This document shows positions 1 through 9,931 of a DNA stretch of 64,000 nucleotides, piece after piece. Source of the stretch: a virus (Duplodnaviria > Caudoviricetes); IMG/VR virus record IMGVR_UViG_2703719088_000001, positions 21,011 to 85,010 of that record. One strand, 5' to 3'. Numbering within the stretch: position 1 is the stretch's first letter; each line of letters opens with the position of its first letter. The position numbers and the translations under genes are program-made. The notes beneath the pieces are model-generated. The model saw only the letters and a list, made by a program, of their open reading frames with translations, searched no databases and had not been told where the DNA came from.

Positions 1-85
1 TCATACATCCTTTTACTATGCAGAAGCGGCGCAGCGTCAGCTGTCACCCTGCACCGCGCCGCCCTGCTGTAGAAGCATCGTTTCC

Positions 86-700
86 TTATGCTGCAACACC
101 CGTTTCGCCATCGAAGATACCCATAGCGTCCTCGGCGGTGCTGGCGGCAGACGAGCCGACCAACGTGATGCCGATAGGCTTGGCGGTATCTGCGCTATCG
201 AACAGGATGCTGGCAAGCAGCTTGACCTTCTTGATAGCGAACATCTTGTTGCCTTCATCGTTAATGGCGGCAAGGCCGACGGAGAAGGCTTTCTGCGTCT
301 CGGCAAAGGCGAAGCCACCAGTGGAGGTGAATTTAACATTGTCATCGGTATCCTGAACGACACCGGGGGTGACATTGTTCTTTACCGTGAAGCCGCAGGC
401 TTCCAAGACTTCCTTGTTCACCACGGGGATGAACAGGTTGATTTCCGTGTCGCCAGGGGTCATACGGCTCGTCCAGTCACCGACAAGACCGTGAATCTTG
501 TAGTGCTGGATGGTCGGAGTGCCACCATTGTAGGTGAAGCCACCATCCTGAGCGACGGGAACTTCGTTAACGACCTTGGCAGGGGTAGAACCGCTCGTGC
601 CAGAACCGACGGCGAAATCATCATAGAATCCGCCCTGAATGAAGAACAGGTGCGAAATGCCAACGAAAGCATCGCCCTGATAAGATTTAATCGTACCCAT
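86..700 (-). CDS. probable major tail (tube) protein
   Basis: 204 aa, G/T/V-rich beta-type composition; lies directly downstream of the head-tail and tail-completion genes. Confidence 0.6.
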   Translation of the reverse strand: MGTIKSYQGDAFVGISHLFFIQGGFYDDFAVGSGTSGSTPAKVVNEVPVAQDGGFTYNGGTPTIQHYKIHGLVGDWTSRMTPGDTEINLFIPVVNKEVLEACGFTVKNNVTPGVVQDTDDNVKFTSTGGFAFAETQKAFSVGLAAINDEGNKMFAIKKVKLLASILFDSADTAKPIGITLVGSSAASTAEDAMGIFDGETGVAA

Positions 701-720
701 AACTTTCTGTATTTAAGTTG

Positions 721-1122
721 TTAAAGTTTCTTTGTGTGTATATGAAATGCTATCTCCGTATAGTTGAACCCTTGACCATCATCTCCTTTCATGAAAGGTG
801 TCGGCCTTGCGGCAGCACAATACTGTCCATTGATTGGGAACAGATCGATAACGCAGTCAACAAGGTCGGACATGGCGTTGACATTGAGCGTTCCGTTACT
901 CTTGCTCTTGACGAACAGCGTGATAAGCCCTGTGGTGTTGAGCATCAGCTTATTCTTCCCGTATGCTACATCCGTGATGGTTGCCGGAATCTCGATGGTG
1001 GCGAACTTCGTCATCTCCGAACTTATTGTATCCGGCCTGCCAAGGAAGATAAGCTTCTTGTCCAGCACGGTGTTCATCGCGCTTACAAGGTCTCCGTATA
1101 TTTTCGCTGCAGTGCTTGCCAT
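721..1122 (-). CDS. probable tail completion/terminator protein
   Basis: 133 aa; position between neck genes and tail tube gene. Confidence 0.5.
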   Translation of the reverse strand: MASTAAKIYGDLVSAMNTVLDKKLIFLGRPDTISSEMTKFATIEIPATITDVAYGKNKLMLNTTGLITLFVKSKSNGTLNVNAMSDLVDCVIDLFPINGQYCAAARPTPFMKGDDGQGFNYTEIAFHIHTKKL

Positions 1123-1132
1123 GATTCACTTG

Positions 1133-1678
1133 TTACATTGTCCTCTGCAATCCCAGCCATGTCGTGCCGACTTTCTCTGTGTGGTCATATGCAGCAAGAA
1201 TACCTGTCGTTCCTCGGTGCTCTTGCACCCACTCACCGTACTCGACGGGATAGGCAACAACGATGTCAAACAAACATTTACCCATCGGCCTGTACGACTG
1301 GAAGAATTCTCTCGCGTCATCCTCACCAAAACCTTCGTTGGTCTGGACTTCTGGCCTATACTTGCTCTTCGCCCCGTCATAATCGGGGTTGAAGCCGTAT
1401 GTCCTCGGATAGGTCATCTTCACATGTATGGCTTTGGCGACCCTTTCAGCGGCATAAGCCGCGTAAACAGGCATCTTTTCCCTGTACAAGCATACGACAA
1501 TTGAATTGAGCAAGTTCCCCGTGAAATTATGTTTCAAAGGAGCACTCTGTCTGAACTCTATCGCGCTCTCGCACAGGTGGTCGCAGAACTTGATGCACCG
1601 GCTCTCGATTTCGTCAAGGATAGATTTCCTATACTCTTCGAGTGTCTTCTGTGCCTGCGCTGCGTTAGTTCCTGCCAT
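1133..1678 (-). CDS. HK97 gp10-like neck/tail completion protein
   Basis: TGNLLNSI motif and VAYPVEYGEWV resembling the gp10 family (TGxLxxSI ... Y..YVE); synteny. Confidence 0.55.
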   Translation of the reverse strand: MAGTNAAQAQKTLEEYRKSILDEIESRCIKFCDHLCESAIEFRQSAPLKHNFTGNLLNSIVVCLYREKMPVYAAYAAERVAKAIHVKMTYPRTYGFNPDYDGAKSKYRPEVQTNEGFGEDDAREFFQSYRPMGKCLFDIVVAYPVEYGEWVQEHRGTTGILAAYDHTEKVGTTWLGLQRTM

Positions 1679-2081
1679 ATCGCCATATCAGATGCGTCCC
1701 ACCGAAGTTGGACGGGTTCTTGTCGATGACCCTGCCGTATTCCTCATATCCGCCCCTGTCGACAACAATCATGTCACCTTCCTGTGGCGCTATGCCAAGC
1801 TTTTCCCAATCATCCCGTGTGAGAGGCAAGGCCAGACCTCTATATGATGTGATGACGTCTCCCTTGTCTGATGTGGTGTTCTTGTCATAAGCCCTGCAGC
1901 AACCCTCATATACTACCGTGTCCTCGGATGTCTCTTCAGCGGTCTCTTCACCGACCACCTCTTCGGCATCTTCGTCGGCCATGGGGTCGTTATCCATATC
2001 CTCATCCACCATAGCTGTGGTCTCAGCCTTACGGATGATGCGGCATGTGTGCGGATATCTTGGGTTGTTGGGTGCGCTCAT
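1665..2081 (-). CDS. probable head closure/head-tail joining protein
   Basis: 138 aa with NPRYPHTCRI N-terminus and an acidic insert; synteny. Confidence 0.5.
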   Translation of the reverse strand: MSAPNNPRYPHTCRIIRKAETTAMVDEDMDNDPMADEDAEEVVGEETAEETSEDTVVYEGCCRAYDKNTTSDKGDVITSYRGLALPLTRDDWEKLGIAPQEGDMIVVDRGGYEEYGRVIDKNPSNFGGTHLIWRYGRN

Positions 2082-2082
2082 G

Positions 2083-2517
2083 TTATCGTGTTCTGCGGAT
2101 GTAACGGAAACCAGTTCCCTTGAACCCCCATCTGGGGGCGAGTGAGTCGACGCGCTGGTCTGTGATACCCCATTTCTTCAGCAAATCGCGTGCAAGCAGC
2201 AGAAACTGCTGCATCTGCAGGGGCGACCACTGCTCACTTCCTTCCGAGTGTTCCCAGTCAGCATCCCTGTCCGTCACACGCTGTGACTGGATAGGGTTCA
2301 TCGCGAGACGGATATAGAAGTAAGCCTGGGACAAGTCCTTCTGCTTCTCAGTGAGACTGTCGAACGATGTCCCTGCCTGGATGCCCGCGTCAGCGAGAAC
2401 ACCTTTAACGGTCTCCTCACTGACGCTGGCATTGGATGACAAACCACGGATATAATCCTCGACGGTATAGACGGGGGTTTCCTCTGCGGCATTGACTGGT
2501 GTCACGTTGTCGGCCAT
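2083..2517 (-). CDS. probable head-tail adaptor/connector protein
   Basis: 144 aa immediately downstream of the major capsid gene. Confidence 0.5.
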   Translation of the reverse strand: MADNVTPVNAAEETPVYTVEDYIRGLSSNASVSEETVKGVLADAGIQAGTSFDSLTEKQKDLSQAYFYIRLAMNPIQSQRVTDRDADWEHSEGSEQWSPLQMQQFLLLARDLLKKWGITDQRVDSLAPRWGFKGTGFRYIRRTR

Positions 2518-2535
2518 GGTTCACTATTTCAAAGA

Positions 2536-3666
2536 TTACTCTTCACTCCATACGGTAGCAATACCGTAGTCGTTCACGTTGTTGAAGACGGGGCCGGCGA
2601 ACAGTTCGCAGTCGATGATGTTCGTCATCGGACGATCCTGCCATACGTTCTGTACGGCGATGCGGTCTTCGACGAAGGTCGTGCGAACGCTGTCGTTGTG
2701 AGCACCCATCTTGTTGCGATCCTTCAGGATGGAGTTCATGCACTTCATCTCGAAAGGACGGTAGGCGCTGCTGGCGGCTACCATGTTGTGCTCGTCGAAA
2801 GCGGGAGCATCATTGACAGGCTTGCCGTCTTCCTCATGACGGGACTTGAAGTCGATGATATCGAACATCCAGATACCCATATCTTCGTGCATCCAACTCA
2901 AGACGTCGCTGCGAGCAACCTTGGCGGTGTAAGGATCGAAGTAGTTCTTCGAAGCCTTATATGCGTCGGTGACATTCGGATGAGACAGAATCTTGTCGAA
3001 CAGAGACTTGGACATCTTCCAGTGGTCTACGCCAAGAGACAGACCATCGGTCAGATACTTCTGGAAGGTCTGGAAGTCCTCGATGACGTCAGCAGTGGTG
3101 TCGGGAGTTCCGTCTGGCAAGAACCAGTCGGTCTCTGGAATCATGAAGTTCTCGTCGGGAATCTGGAACTTGAAGTCGTATCTGTAACCATCGATGGCAA
3201 TATCATGGATTTCGCCGGTGGACATGGCCTGCATCAGCATGTAGGTCAATTCATTGTGTACACCGCCGAGCATATTGCTCGAATTCTGGATGAAGCAGTC
3301 AACCAGAGATTCACCGAAGGTCATGTCGTTGATTTTCGAAACGCGGCGCAGTTCGATCATATCGTCCTGGGTGATGTTGAAGCCGTGGCCGATCTGCGGG
3401 AGCGTGCCCCCGTAGATTTCCCAGCCCTGGGTGCTACGCTGCGGCTTGTCGGACTGAGTACCGATGATGCTGGCACGTACCAGGATGGGGGTCTTCTTGA
3501 TACCCTGTTTCCACTCACGTTCGTTTGTCGGCTTGCCCCAAGTGGCATACTTGCGCCACAGAGCACCGTTGTACTTCGCGTTCACATTGTCAAGGATCAG
3601 GCCGAAGTTTTCAGCGTCCAGATAACTGTGCAGGCCGCTGATTCCATAAAGATTAAGATCTCTCAT
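2536..3666 (-). CDS. major capsid protein
   Basis: 376 aa; follows scaffold and decoration genes; size and position typical of an HK97-fold MCP. Confidence 0.75.
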   Translation of the reverse strand: MRDLNLYGISGLHSYLDAENFGLILDNVNAKYNGALWRKYATWGKPTNEREWKQGIKKTPILVRASIIGTQSDKPQRSTQGWEIYGGTLPQIGHGFNITQDDMIELRRVSKINDMTFGESLVDCFIQNSSNMLGGVHNELTYMLMQAMSTGEIHDIAIDGYRYDFKFQIPDENFMIPETDWFLPDGTPDTTADVIEDFQTFQKYLTDGLSLGVDHWKMSKSLFDKILSHPNVTDAYKASKNYFDPYTAKVARSDVLSWMHEDMGIWMFDIIDFKSRHEEDGKPVNDAPAFDEHNMVAASSAYRPFEMKCMNSILKDRNKMGAHNDSVRTTFVEDRIAVQNVWQDRPMTNIIDCELFAGPVFNNVNDYGIATVWSEE

Positions 3667-3687
3667 AGTAAAGTCCTCCTTTCTTTG

Positions 3688-4374
3688 TTACTTGCGGTTA
3701 GAGAATCTGAAGAAGCAGCCGTTTTCCAGCAGGGCTTTCTTGAGGCTGTTTACCAAGGGAGGCATACGGCGTTCAAGAACAGCCTTGTCGGTGCAGTTCC
3801 AAACAACATCGATGTCCATTGCATAGGCATCGGGGTCAAGAACGTTGTCGCAGTAGGTCAGAGCGTTGGGCACAATCTTCGGGACAATATTGTCGTTGTC
3901 GTCTTCGATGACCTCGACGATAACATCGCCGGCGGCGATGACGGGATCGGAGTCGGGGACAAGACCGCTGACGGTCAAGATGTCGTAACCTTCATTCGAG
4001 GCATCGACAGCGGTGACCTCAACGGCGTCGCCACATGTGAAGGGGAGGGCATCCCCGTACTCAAACGGGTTAAGCGTGGCCAGAACCATGCCTACCTTGG
4101 CGACACTACCGGTCTCAAACTTTTCAACTTTGACGGCACTGTTGACAGTATCCACCTCAAGCACCTTGAAGGTATAGAGGGGAACAACGGTGCGAGCCTG
4201 ATCGTCAGCATAAACCGGAGTACCGGCAGGCAGTGCGTTGGGGCGTGCGGGCATATCTTCAAGATCGATGCTGTAACCACCGACAGAAATGACAGGCTTG
4301 CCTTCGTAGCACTTGCGGACGCCACCGAATTTATTGCTGAACTGAACATAATTGTTTAATGTTCCTGTTTTCAT
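3688..4374 (-). CDS. probable head decoration/cement protein
   Basis: 228 aa between scaffold and MCP; LPAGTPV and LERRMPP motifs. Confidence 0.5.
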   Translation of the reverse strand: MKTGTLNNYVQFSNKFGGVRKCYEGKPVISVGGYSIDLEDMPARPNALPAGTPVYADDQARTVVPLYTFKVLEVDTVNSAVKVEKFETGSVAKVGMVLATLNPFEYGDALPFTCGDAVEVTAVDASNEGYDILTVSGLVPDSDPVIAAGDVIVEVIEDDNDNIVPKIVPNALTYCDNVLDPDAYAMDIDVVWNCTDKAVLERRMPPLVNSLKKALLENGCFFRFSNRK

Positions 4375-4449
4375 TTCTTTTGATTTTTGTGTTACACATG
4401 TTTATGCGTCACACGTCTTGCGACGCACGCCTTCGCATTGAGCATAGCC

Positions 4450-5244
4450 CTATACGAGGGACTTGTTGAATTCCTGTGAATAGTTGGCGTTAGCCTTTGC
4501 CTCTTCTTCGAGTTGTTTGAGACGCTGTTTGACATACGTGTCATCCTCTCCGCCTCCGCCACCGGCGCCGCCTCCGAACGGCTTCCCGCCGTCAGGGTAG
4601 TAGCGTTTGTAGCGTTTCTCGTAGGCATCGATAGCCTTCTGTTTCAGGGATTCGAACGTCGGTGTTTCACCATAGTCGATATCATCAAGGGCATCGTCGA
4701 TACAGGCGGGCACGTTGGCCTTCAGGTCGATGAGATGCTGTTTCAACTCGGTCTTCACCTTGTTCAGGACTGCGGTTTTCTCTCGCTCGTTTTGCGACTT
4801 GACAAAATCGTTGAACTGCTTCGTGAACTTCCCCAAAGCACCATCCTCGGAGTTGAGGGATTCAAGGACGGATTTGACGATATCCTCGGCCTTCAGACCG
4901 TTTCCACCGCTACCGCCGCCGTTTTCAGGATGCTCCTTCTTGTAGTCTTCCAATGCCTTCTGGGTCGCTGTCTTGATACGCTCTTCAACATCTTTCTCAT
5001 GCTGGGATGCATACTCTTTCTTGAACTCCTCGGCGAACGTCTTCTCATCGAAGCGTTTCTGACCGGCAAACTGGATGAGAGTGGCAACAGGGAGCTTCCA
5101 TGTGTCCTCGGTGATATTCTCATCGTTTTCAAACTGCGCGAGCACGCTTTCTGCGATGCCCTCGAATGTCTTGTCGCTGATGACCTTGCAATTGTCTTCT
5201 CCAACGCGGGTCTTCAAATTCTCAATAAGCTTTGTTTTCTCCAT
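4450..5244 (-). CDS. probable capsid scaffolding protein
   Basis: K/E-rich coiled-coil protein with Gly linkers, first gene of the head operon; likely start is ATG 5244. Confidence 0.6.
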   Translation of the reverse strand: MEKTKLIENLKTRVGEDNCKVISDKTFEGIAESVLAQFENDENITEDTWKLPVATLIQFAGQKRFDEKTFAEEFKKEYASQHEKDVEERIKTATQKALEDYKKEHPENGGGSGGNGLKAEDIVKSVLESLNSEDGALGKFTKQFNDFVKSQNEREKTAVLNKVKTELKQHLIDLKANVPACIDDALDDIDYGETPTFESLKQKAIDAYEKRYKRYYPDGGKPFGGGAGGGGGEDDTYVKQRLKQLEEEAKANANYSQEFNKSLV

Positions 5245-5262
5245 GCTAAAATGATTTTTCAG

Positions 5263-5270
5263 CAAAGTTA
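5263..5270 (-). promoter_or_regulatory. Bacteroidetes sigma-A -7 element (TAACTTTG) for the head/tail operon
   Basis: exact TAnnTTTG match 19 nt upstream of the scaffold ATG. Confidence 0.55.
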
Positions 5271-5356
5271 TTACTTATTTAACACTTGATTACACAAACA
5301 TTGGAAATCTTAATTCATAATTGTGTAAATTTCAAGCAAATCATCACAATATTATT

Positions 5357-5364
5357 TAATTTTG
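5357..5364 (+). promoter_or_regulatory. Bacteroidetes sigma-A -7 element (TAATTTTG) for the terminase operon
   Basis: exact TAnnTTTG match 26 nt upstream of the terminase ATG; divergent from the head-operon promoter. Confidence 0.5.
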
Positions 5365-5389
5365 TCACTTGAAACTTTAAATATTCTAT

Positions 5390-8131
5390 ATGGAGAAGCC
5401 CAATAGCAATAGAAGCCTGACGTCAACTGATGGAAAGGCTGTCTACAATAGGGATTACATCAACGAACTACGTAACAATGACGACGATGGTAGCCAGTCG
5501 CGCTTCATCGCACAGGAAGGAGCGCAGGAATCAGGGTTGTCCTGTTGCGCCGACATCACCGTGTTCGGCGGAAACAGAGGTGGTGGAAAAGCCAACACCT
5601 ATTCGACACCAATTGCCACACCATCAGGATACAGGAAGATGGGAGACCTTGAGGTCGGAGACATGATATGCACGCCATACGAAGGCGTGCAGAGAGTGGA
5701 TGCCATATATGAGCAGGGAGACCACACGACATTCACCTTCCATTTCGATGACGGAACGACCGTCACATGCATGGATACGCATCGGTTCTTCGCCAGACTT
5801 GCTCCGACGGAGAAGTTCCGGGAGATGACGGCAAGGGAAATCATTAACAACTACGCCATCGACCGCCGCTATCCTGTGTCGCTGAGAAGCGGAAAGATTT
5901 ACTTCGCTGAAGTGCCGTTGTGCGGTGAAGTTGAACTGAATGAGAAAATGACCATCGCAGATCTGCCTATCCATCCTTTTGTACTGGGTGTCATCAGTGG
6001 TACGGGCTTCTGGAAGTTTGGTATGTGGGGAATAAAACTGTCAAAGGACTCCTTCCATGCAAGAACCATATATCGTTACGGTTACCATGTAAACAAGAAC
6101 CGCAAGGATGGATTCTACTACATAAGGGGTCTGTCGGACGAAAACAGGCGTCAGATAACATTCTGCCGCAGGGAAGAGCCTGCCAGTATACCACATGAGT
6201 ACAAAACAGCATCGATAGCCGCCAGATGGGAGTACCTGAAAGGTGTGATGTATATCAACGGACGCTCGGAGAAGAAGCACCCGTGCCTCGCGCTGCCTAA
6301 CAAGAAACTCATCGAGGATGTGGCAGACCTGGCACGCTCGCTCGGCCTATGGGCGAGAGTCAGCAAAGTGGAGGACACACCTGAGAAGATAGGGTATTGG
6401 AAGGTGTCCTTCGTCGCCCCCAACGATGCGGATTTGTTCATAAAAAAATGCTATAAGGACAGGTCTCATATCAATGCAGAAAAAGCCACCAGCCCGACAT
6501 CGGACAATATTCTGTCGAAGAAGATATTGTATGTGGTAAAGAACAAGATAAAGAGGCCGTGCCGGTGTATCACCGTATCTGGCAATGACCACCTCTACAT
6601 GACGGACGGATACACTATCAACCACAATACGGTGACGATGCTCATGGAGCCGTTGTATGACATCGGCAACAAGTATTTCAACGGCATCATCTTCCGAAAG
6701 AACAAGGACGACTTCGACAATATCATCAACGAGAGCAAGCGGTGGTTCACCGGCCTCGGACGATACAACAGGTCTAAAGATGATATGACATGGTACTTCA
6801 ACACCGGTGCGATACTCGGCCTATCCATATACGACATGCCGATGCCGGAGTTCGACACAAAGTACAGGGGTCAGCAGTATGCCTATATAGGTGTGGATGA
6901 GCTGCCGCAGATGCCGTTCGAGATGTTCAAGTTCCTTATGACATGTAACCGTAACACCGTAGGTATACACTCTCGGCTGTTAGGCACATGTAACCCAGAC
7001 CCGATGTCATGGCTAAGGAAGTTTATCGACTGGTGGATAGGCAAGGAAGACACCATCTATTCTGACGGGAAGATGCACCCTGAGCGCAAGGGCTTCGCCA
7101 TCCCGGAAAGGGTGGGGAAGATACGTTACTGCTATATGCCGGATGATTCCGTGGACAACATCGTCTGGGGCGACACGCCCGATGAGGTGTACGAGCAATG
7201 CAAGGAACTCATCGACGATGCATGGAATCCCGAATGGGAGCAGTACGGATATACCAAGACATCGTTCTTCGTCAAGTCCGTGACATTCATCAAGGCAAAT
7301 CTTAACGACAACAAGGCTCTTATCAAGAGCGACCCGTCATATATCGCCAACCTGCTGAACCAGCCTCCTGAGATCAGAGCGAGGGAATTCGATGGCAACT
7401 GGGATATTGTCAAGACAGGTAATGACATGATACAGCCTCACCACCTTGAACGTGTGTTTGCCAACGCGCATATTGTTGGAGACAAGGTACGCAGGGCGAC
7501 ATGTGACGTAGCCGGCACCGGCGGCGACAACTGCGTGACATGGCTGTGGATAGGATGGCATGTGGCCGACGTATATGTCTGTCGCAGAGATCCGTACACG
7601 ACAGCGGCAGACCTAAAGGCCAAGCTGCACGAGTGGGGTGTGCTGGAAGAGAATTTCGCCTATGACCTCAACGGCATGGGTCAGGTGCTGAAGGGTGCGT
7701 TTCCAAGAGCCGTTCCGTTCAATAACCAAGAAGCCGTCGCCTTGAGGGATAAGAACCTGTATGACAACATCAAGTCGCAATGCGCCTACCTGTTTGCCAC
7801 ACGGACGCAGCAGGCCGGGTGGAGTATTGAGTCGACGCTGCTGACACGTAAATATTCCATTGGCAAGGAAGTGCATACGCTGCAGGCCATCCTGCAGAAG
7901 GAGCGCAAGTGTGTCAAGCAGGACATGTCGAAGGCAGACCGTGGATGGTGTCTCATCCATAAGGAGCAGATGAAGAACAAGTCCATTGTCGGCCATTCGC
8001 CGGACTTCTTCGAAGCCTTGTTCATGCGGGAAATATTCGATGTGAAGCATACACAGCCCGTCGTGCCATCATGGATATCACGTAGCGGGCAAAAATACAC
8101 TGTCAGAAGAATAGGAGTAAAACAACATTAA
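5390..8131 (+). CDS. terL: terminase large subunit containing an intein
   Basis: Walker A GGNRGGGK|T split by the intein; Walker B YIGVDE; GTCNPD coupling motif; nuclease CDVAG and HSPDFFEAL. Confidence 0.9.
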   Translation: MEKPNSNRSLTSTDGKAVYNRDYINELRNNDDDGSQSRFIAQEGAQESGLSCCADITVFGGNRGGGKANTYSTPIATPSGYRKMGDLEVGDMICTPYEGVQRVDAIYEQGDHTTFTFHFDDGTTVTCMDTHRFFARLAPTEKFREMTAREIINNYAIDRRYPVSLRSGKIYFAEVPLCGEVELNEKMTIADLPIHPFVLGVISGTGFWKFGMWGIKLSKDSFHARTIYRYGYHVNKNRKDGFYYIRGLSDENRRQITFCRREEPASIPHEYKTASIAARWEYLKGVMYINGRSEKKHPCLALPNKKLIEDVADLARSLGLWARVSKVEDTPEKIGYWKVSFVAPNDADLFIKKCYKDRSHINAEKATSPTSDNILSKKILYVVKNKIKRPCRCITVSGNDHLYMTDGYTINHNTVTMLMEPLYDIGNKYFNGIIFRKNKDDFDNIINESKRWFTGLGRYNRSKDDMTWYFNTGAILGLSIYDMPMPEFDTKYRGQQYAYIGVDELPQMPFEMFKFLMTCNRNTVGIHSRLLGTCNPDPMSWLRKFIDWWIGKEDTIYSDGKMHPERKGFAIPERVGKIRYCYMPDDSVDNIVWGDTPDEVYEQCKELIDDAWNPEWEQYGYTKTSFFVKSVTFIKANLNDNKALIKSDPSYIANLLNQPPEIRAREFDGNWDIVKTGNDMIQPHHLERVFANAHIVGDKVRRATCDVAGTGGDNCVTWLWIGWHVADVYVCRRDPYTTAADLKAKLHEWGVLEENFAYDLNGMGQVLKGAFPRAVPFNNQEAVALRDKNLYDNIKSQCAYLFATRTQQAGWSIESTLLTRKYSIGKEVHTLQAILQKERKCVKQDMSKADRGWCLIHKEQMKNKSIVGHSPDFFEALFMREIFDVKHTQPVVPSWISRSGQKYTVRRIGVKQH
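5591..6628 (+). mobile_element. intein (346 aa, Ala68-Asn413) with degenerate LAGLIDADG-type endonuclease domain
   Basis: Hint N-terminus ANTYSTPIATPSGYRKMGDLEVGD; block B CMDTHRF; block F CRCITV; C-terminal INHN followed by Thr+1; inserted in the P-loop. Confidence 0.9.
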
Positions 8132-8143
8132 AACATTTGAGAT

Positions 8144-9928
8144 ATGGCCGAAGATACTGTTAAAAACACGGCGATTGACCCTCGTCGGCTGTTGACAAAA
8201 AAGCCGTTCACGAGAGTTCTCCCCGGTGGAGGGTATGATCATGGTTATATGAGTGACAGCAACACTGAGATACCGGTGACGTTTGATTCCCTGAGAAGGA
8301 AAATTGTCACGCAGGAGGACTTCCTTCGCGAACTTGATCCCGCAGGACACCTCATCAACGACAAGGAGATATACCCGGACATCTGGCAGAAGAACGAGGA
8401 GGACGGACGATGGTACGTCCAGGAGATACCCCGTTATGCATTCTCCTTCCAGCAGATTATCCTCATCAAGCACCTGACGCACCTCTGCGGCAACGACATA
8501 CAGTTCGAGCTGTCGGACAACGAGGTGTCCGATGACAGCACCAACACCTTCATCGCCTTCCGTAACGGCTGGGCGAAGAAGAACATGGAGATAGCATGGT
8601 ATAAGCTGGTGAAATCTGTCAAGGCGACGGGAGACGGTGCTCTTGTCGGGTATATGGACAACGGCTCGTTCGGATGGAAAGTCCTGTCGTTCCTCGACAA
8701 CGACAGGCTGTACCCGCACTACAACCTCCGCACTGGAAAGATGGAGGTCTTCGCACGTACATATAGCAGCTACGGCGAGAAAGGAGATGTGCTGAAACGA
8801 TATGTCGATGTGTGGGACGACAAGAACTACTACCGCTATGTCGCCGACGGAGACCCCAAAAACGCATTGGAGAAAGCCAAGCAGATTATTCTCAAGGTGT
8901 TCTCCATTGATGGGTATAAGCTTGAGGAGCAAGTCCCACATGGTTTCGACTCCATCCCAGTATCGTATAAGCGTGACGACTACGGCCCCTGTTGGACGTT
9001 CTCGCAGGAGTCAATCGAGAACTACGAGACGGGGTTTTCCAACCTGGCACACTCGAACCACAACTTCGGCCTGCCTATTATGTATGTCAAGGGCGAGGGG
9101 TCAGAAGAGGTTACCTCGCAGGATATGACCTATGCCGCAAAGATTATGATCCTGCCGTCAGACGGGGAGATAGGATTCCTGCAGAGACAGGATGCATCCA
9201 ACGCATACAAATCCGAACTCGACAAGGTGGAGGAGATGATATACCGCCAATCGTTTGCTGTAAAGACTCCAGAACTCAAGAGCGGTGACACACCTGGTGT
9301 TGCGCTGAAAATCATGTATTCTGATGCCTATGAAAAGGCCATGTCTGATTCCAACGAGTATGACGAGTGCATTGACAAGATTGTTGAAATCTTCTCTTGG
9401 GGATACGGCATCGAGAGCGAGAAACGCCTATCATTCCTGAACACTGACATACGGCATTTCATCGAACCATATATCCATGTCAACAACAGCGAACTTGTCA
9501 CGAACCTCAACACATCCGTCATCGGCAAGTTCCTCTCGCGCCAGACGGCCAGCGAGAAGAACCCGTATGCTACGCCCAACGAATGGCATCGCATCTGTCA
9601 GGAGGAGCACGACGCGCAGATGAACCAGTTGCTGCTTGAGGAGCAGAAGCTGGAGATACAGGCAGATATCAATGTCGAGCAGCAGGAGGAGTTGTCAGAA
9701 ATACAGACGCAGCAGCAGATTGAGGTCGCCCAAGCGGAGCAGGGTGGTGAGGTCGCTGCGAATGGCGGTGGTAAAACCAAGAGCAAGCATTCCGTCGCCA
9801 CCGGCCACGGGCGCAAGCGGGGTAGGCCGGACATGTTGAGCAAGACCTTCGACGAGAACGGCAACGAGATAGATCCGTTGACAGGCTTGGCCAAATCCAA
9901 GTGGGACAAATACAACCGCACGCACTAA
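8144..9928 (+). CDS. portal protein (SPP1-like)
   Basis: 594 aa directly after terL; SGDTPGVALK motif and acidic helical C-terminus. Confidence 0.8.
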   Translation: MAEDTVKNTAIDPRRLLTKKPFTRVLPGGGYDHGYMSDSNTEIPVTFDSLRRKIVTQEDFLRELDPAGHLINDKEIYPDIWQKNEEDGRWYVQEIPRYAFSFQQIILIKHLTHLCGNDIQFELSDNEVSDDSTNTFIAFRNGWAKKNMEIAWYKLVKSVKATGDGALVGYMDNGSFGWKVLSFLDNDRLYPHYNLRTGKMEVFARTYSSYGEKGDVLKRYVDVWDDKNYYRYVADGDPKNALEKAKQIILKVFSIDGYKLEEQVPHGFDSIPVSYKRDDYGPCWTFSQESIENYETGFSNLAHSNHNFGLPIMYVKGEGSEEVTSQDMTYAAKIMILPSDGEIGFLQRQDASNAYKSELDKVEEMIYRQSFAVKTPELKSGDTPGVALKIMYSDAYEKAMSDSNEYDECIDKIVEIFSWGYGIESEKRLSFLNTDIRHFIEPYIHVNNSELVTNLNTSVIGKFLSRQTASEKNPYATPNEWHRICQEEHDAQMNQLLLEEQKLEIQADINVEQQEELSEIQTQQQIEVAQAEQGGEVAANGGGKTKSKHSVATGHGRKRGRPDMLSKTFDENGNEIDPLTGLAKSKWDKYNRTH

Positions 9929-9931
9929 TAC

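Noticed and set aside
2698-4359. 553-aa plus-strand ORF antisense to the capsid and decoration genes (similarly 4513..5289, 8078..8941, 9695..10318, 12477..13303)
   Set aside because: These are shadow ORFs produced by the strong codon bias of the real genes on the opposite strand, with no protein-like motifs.
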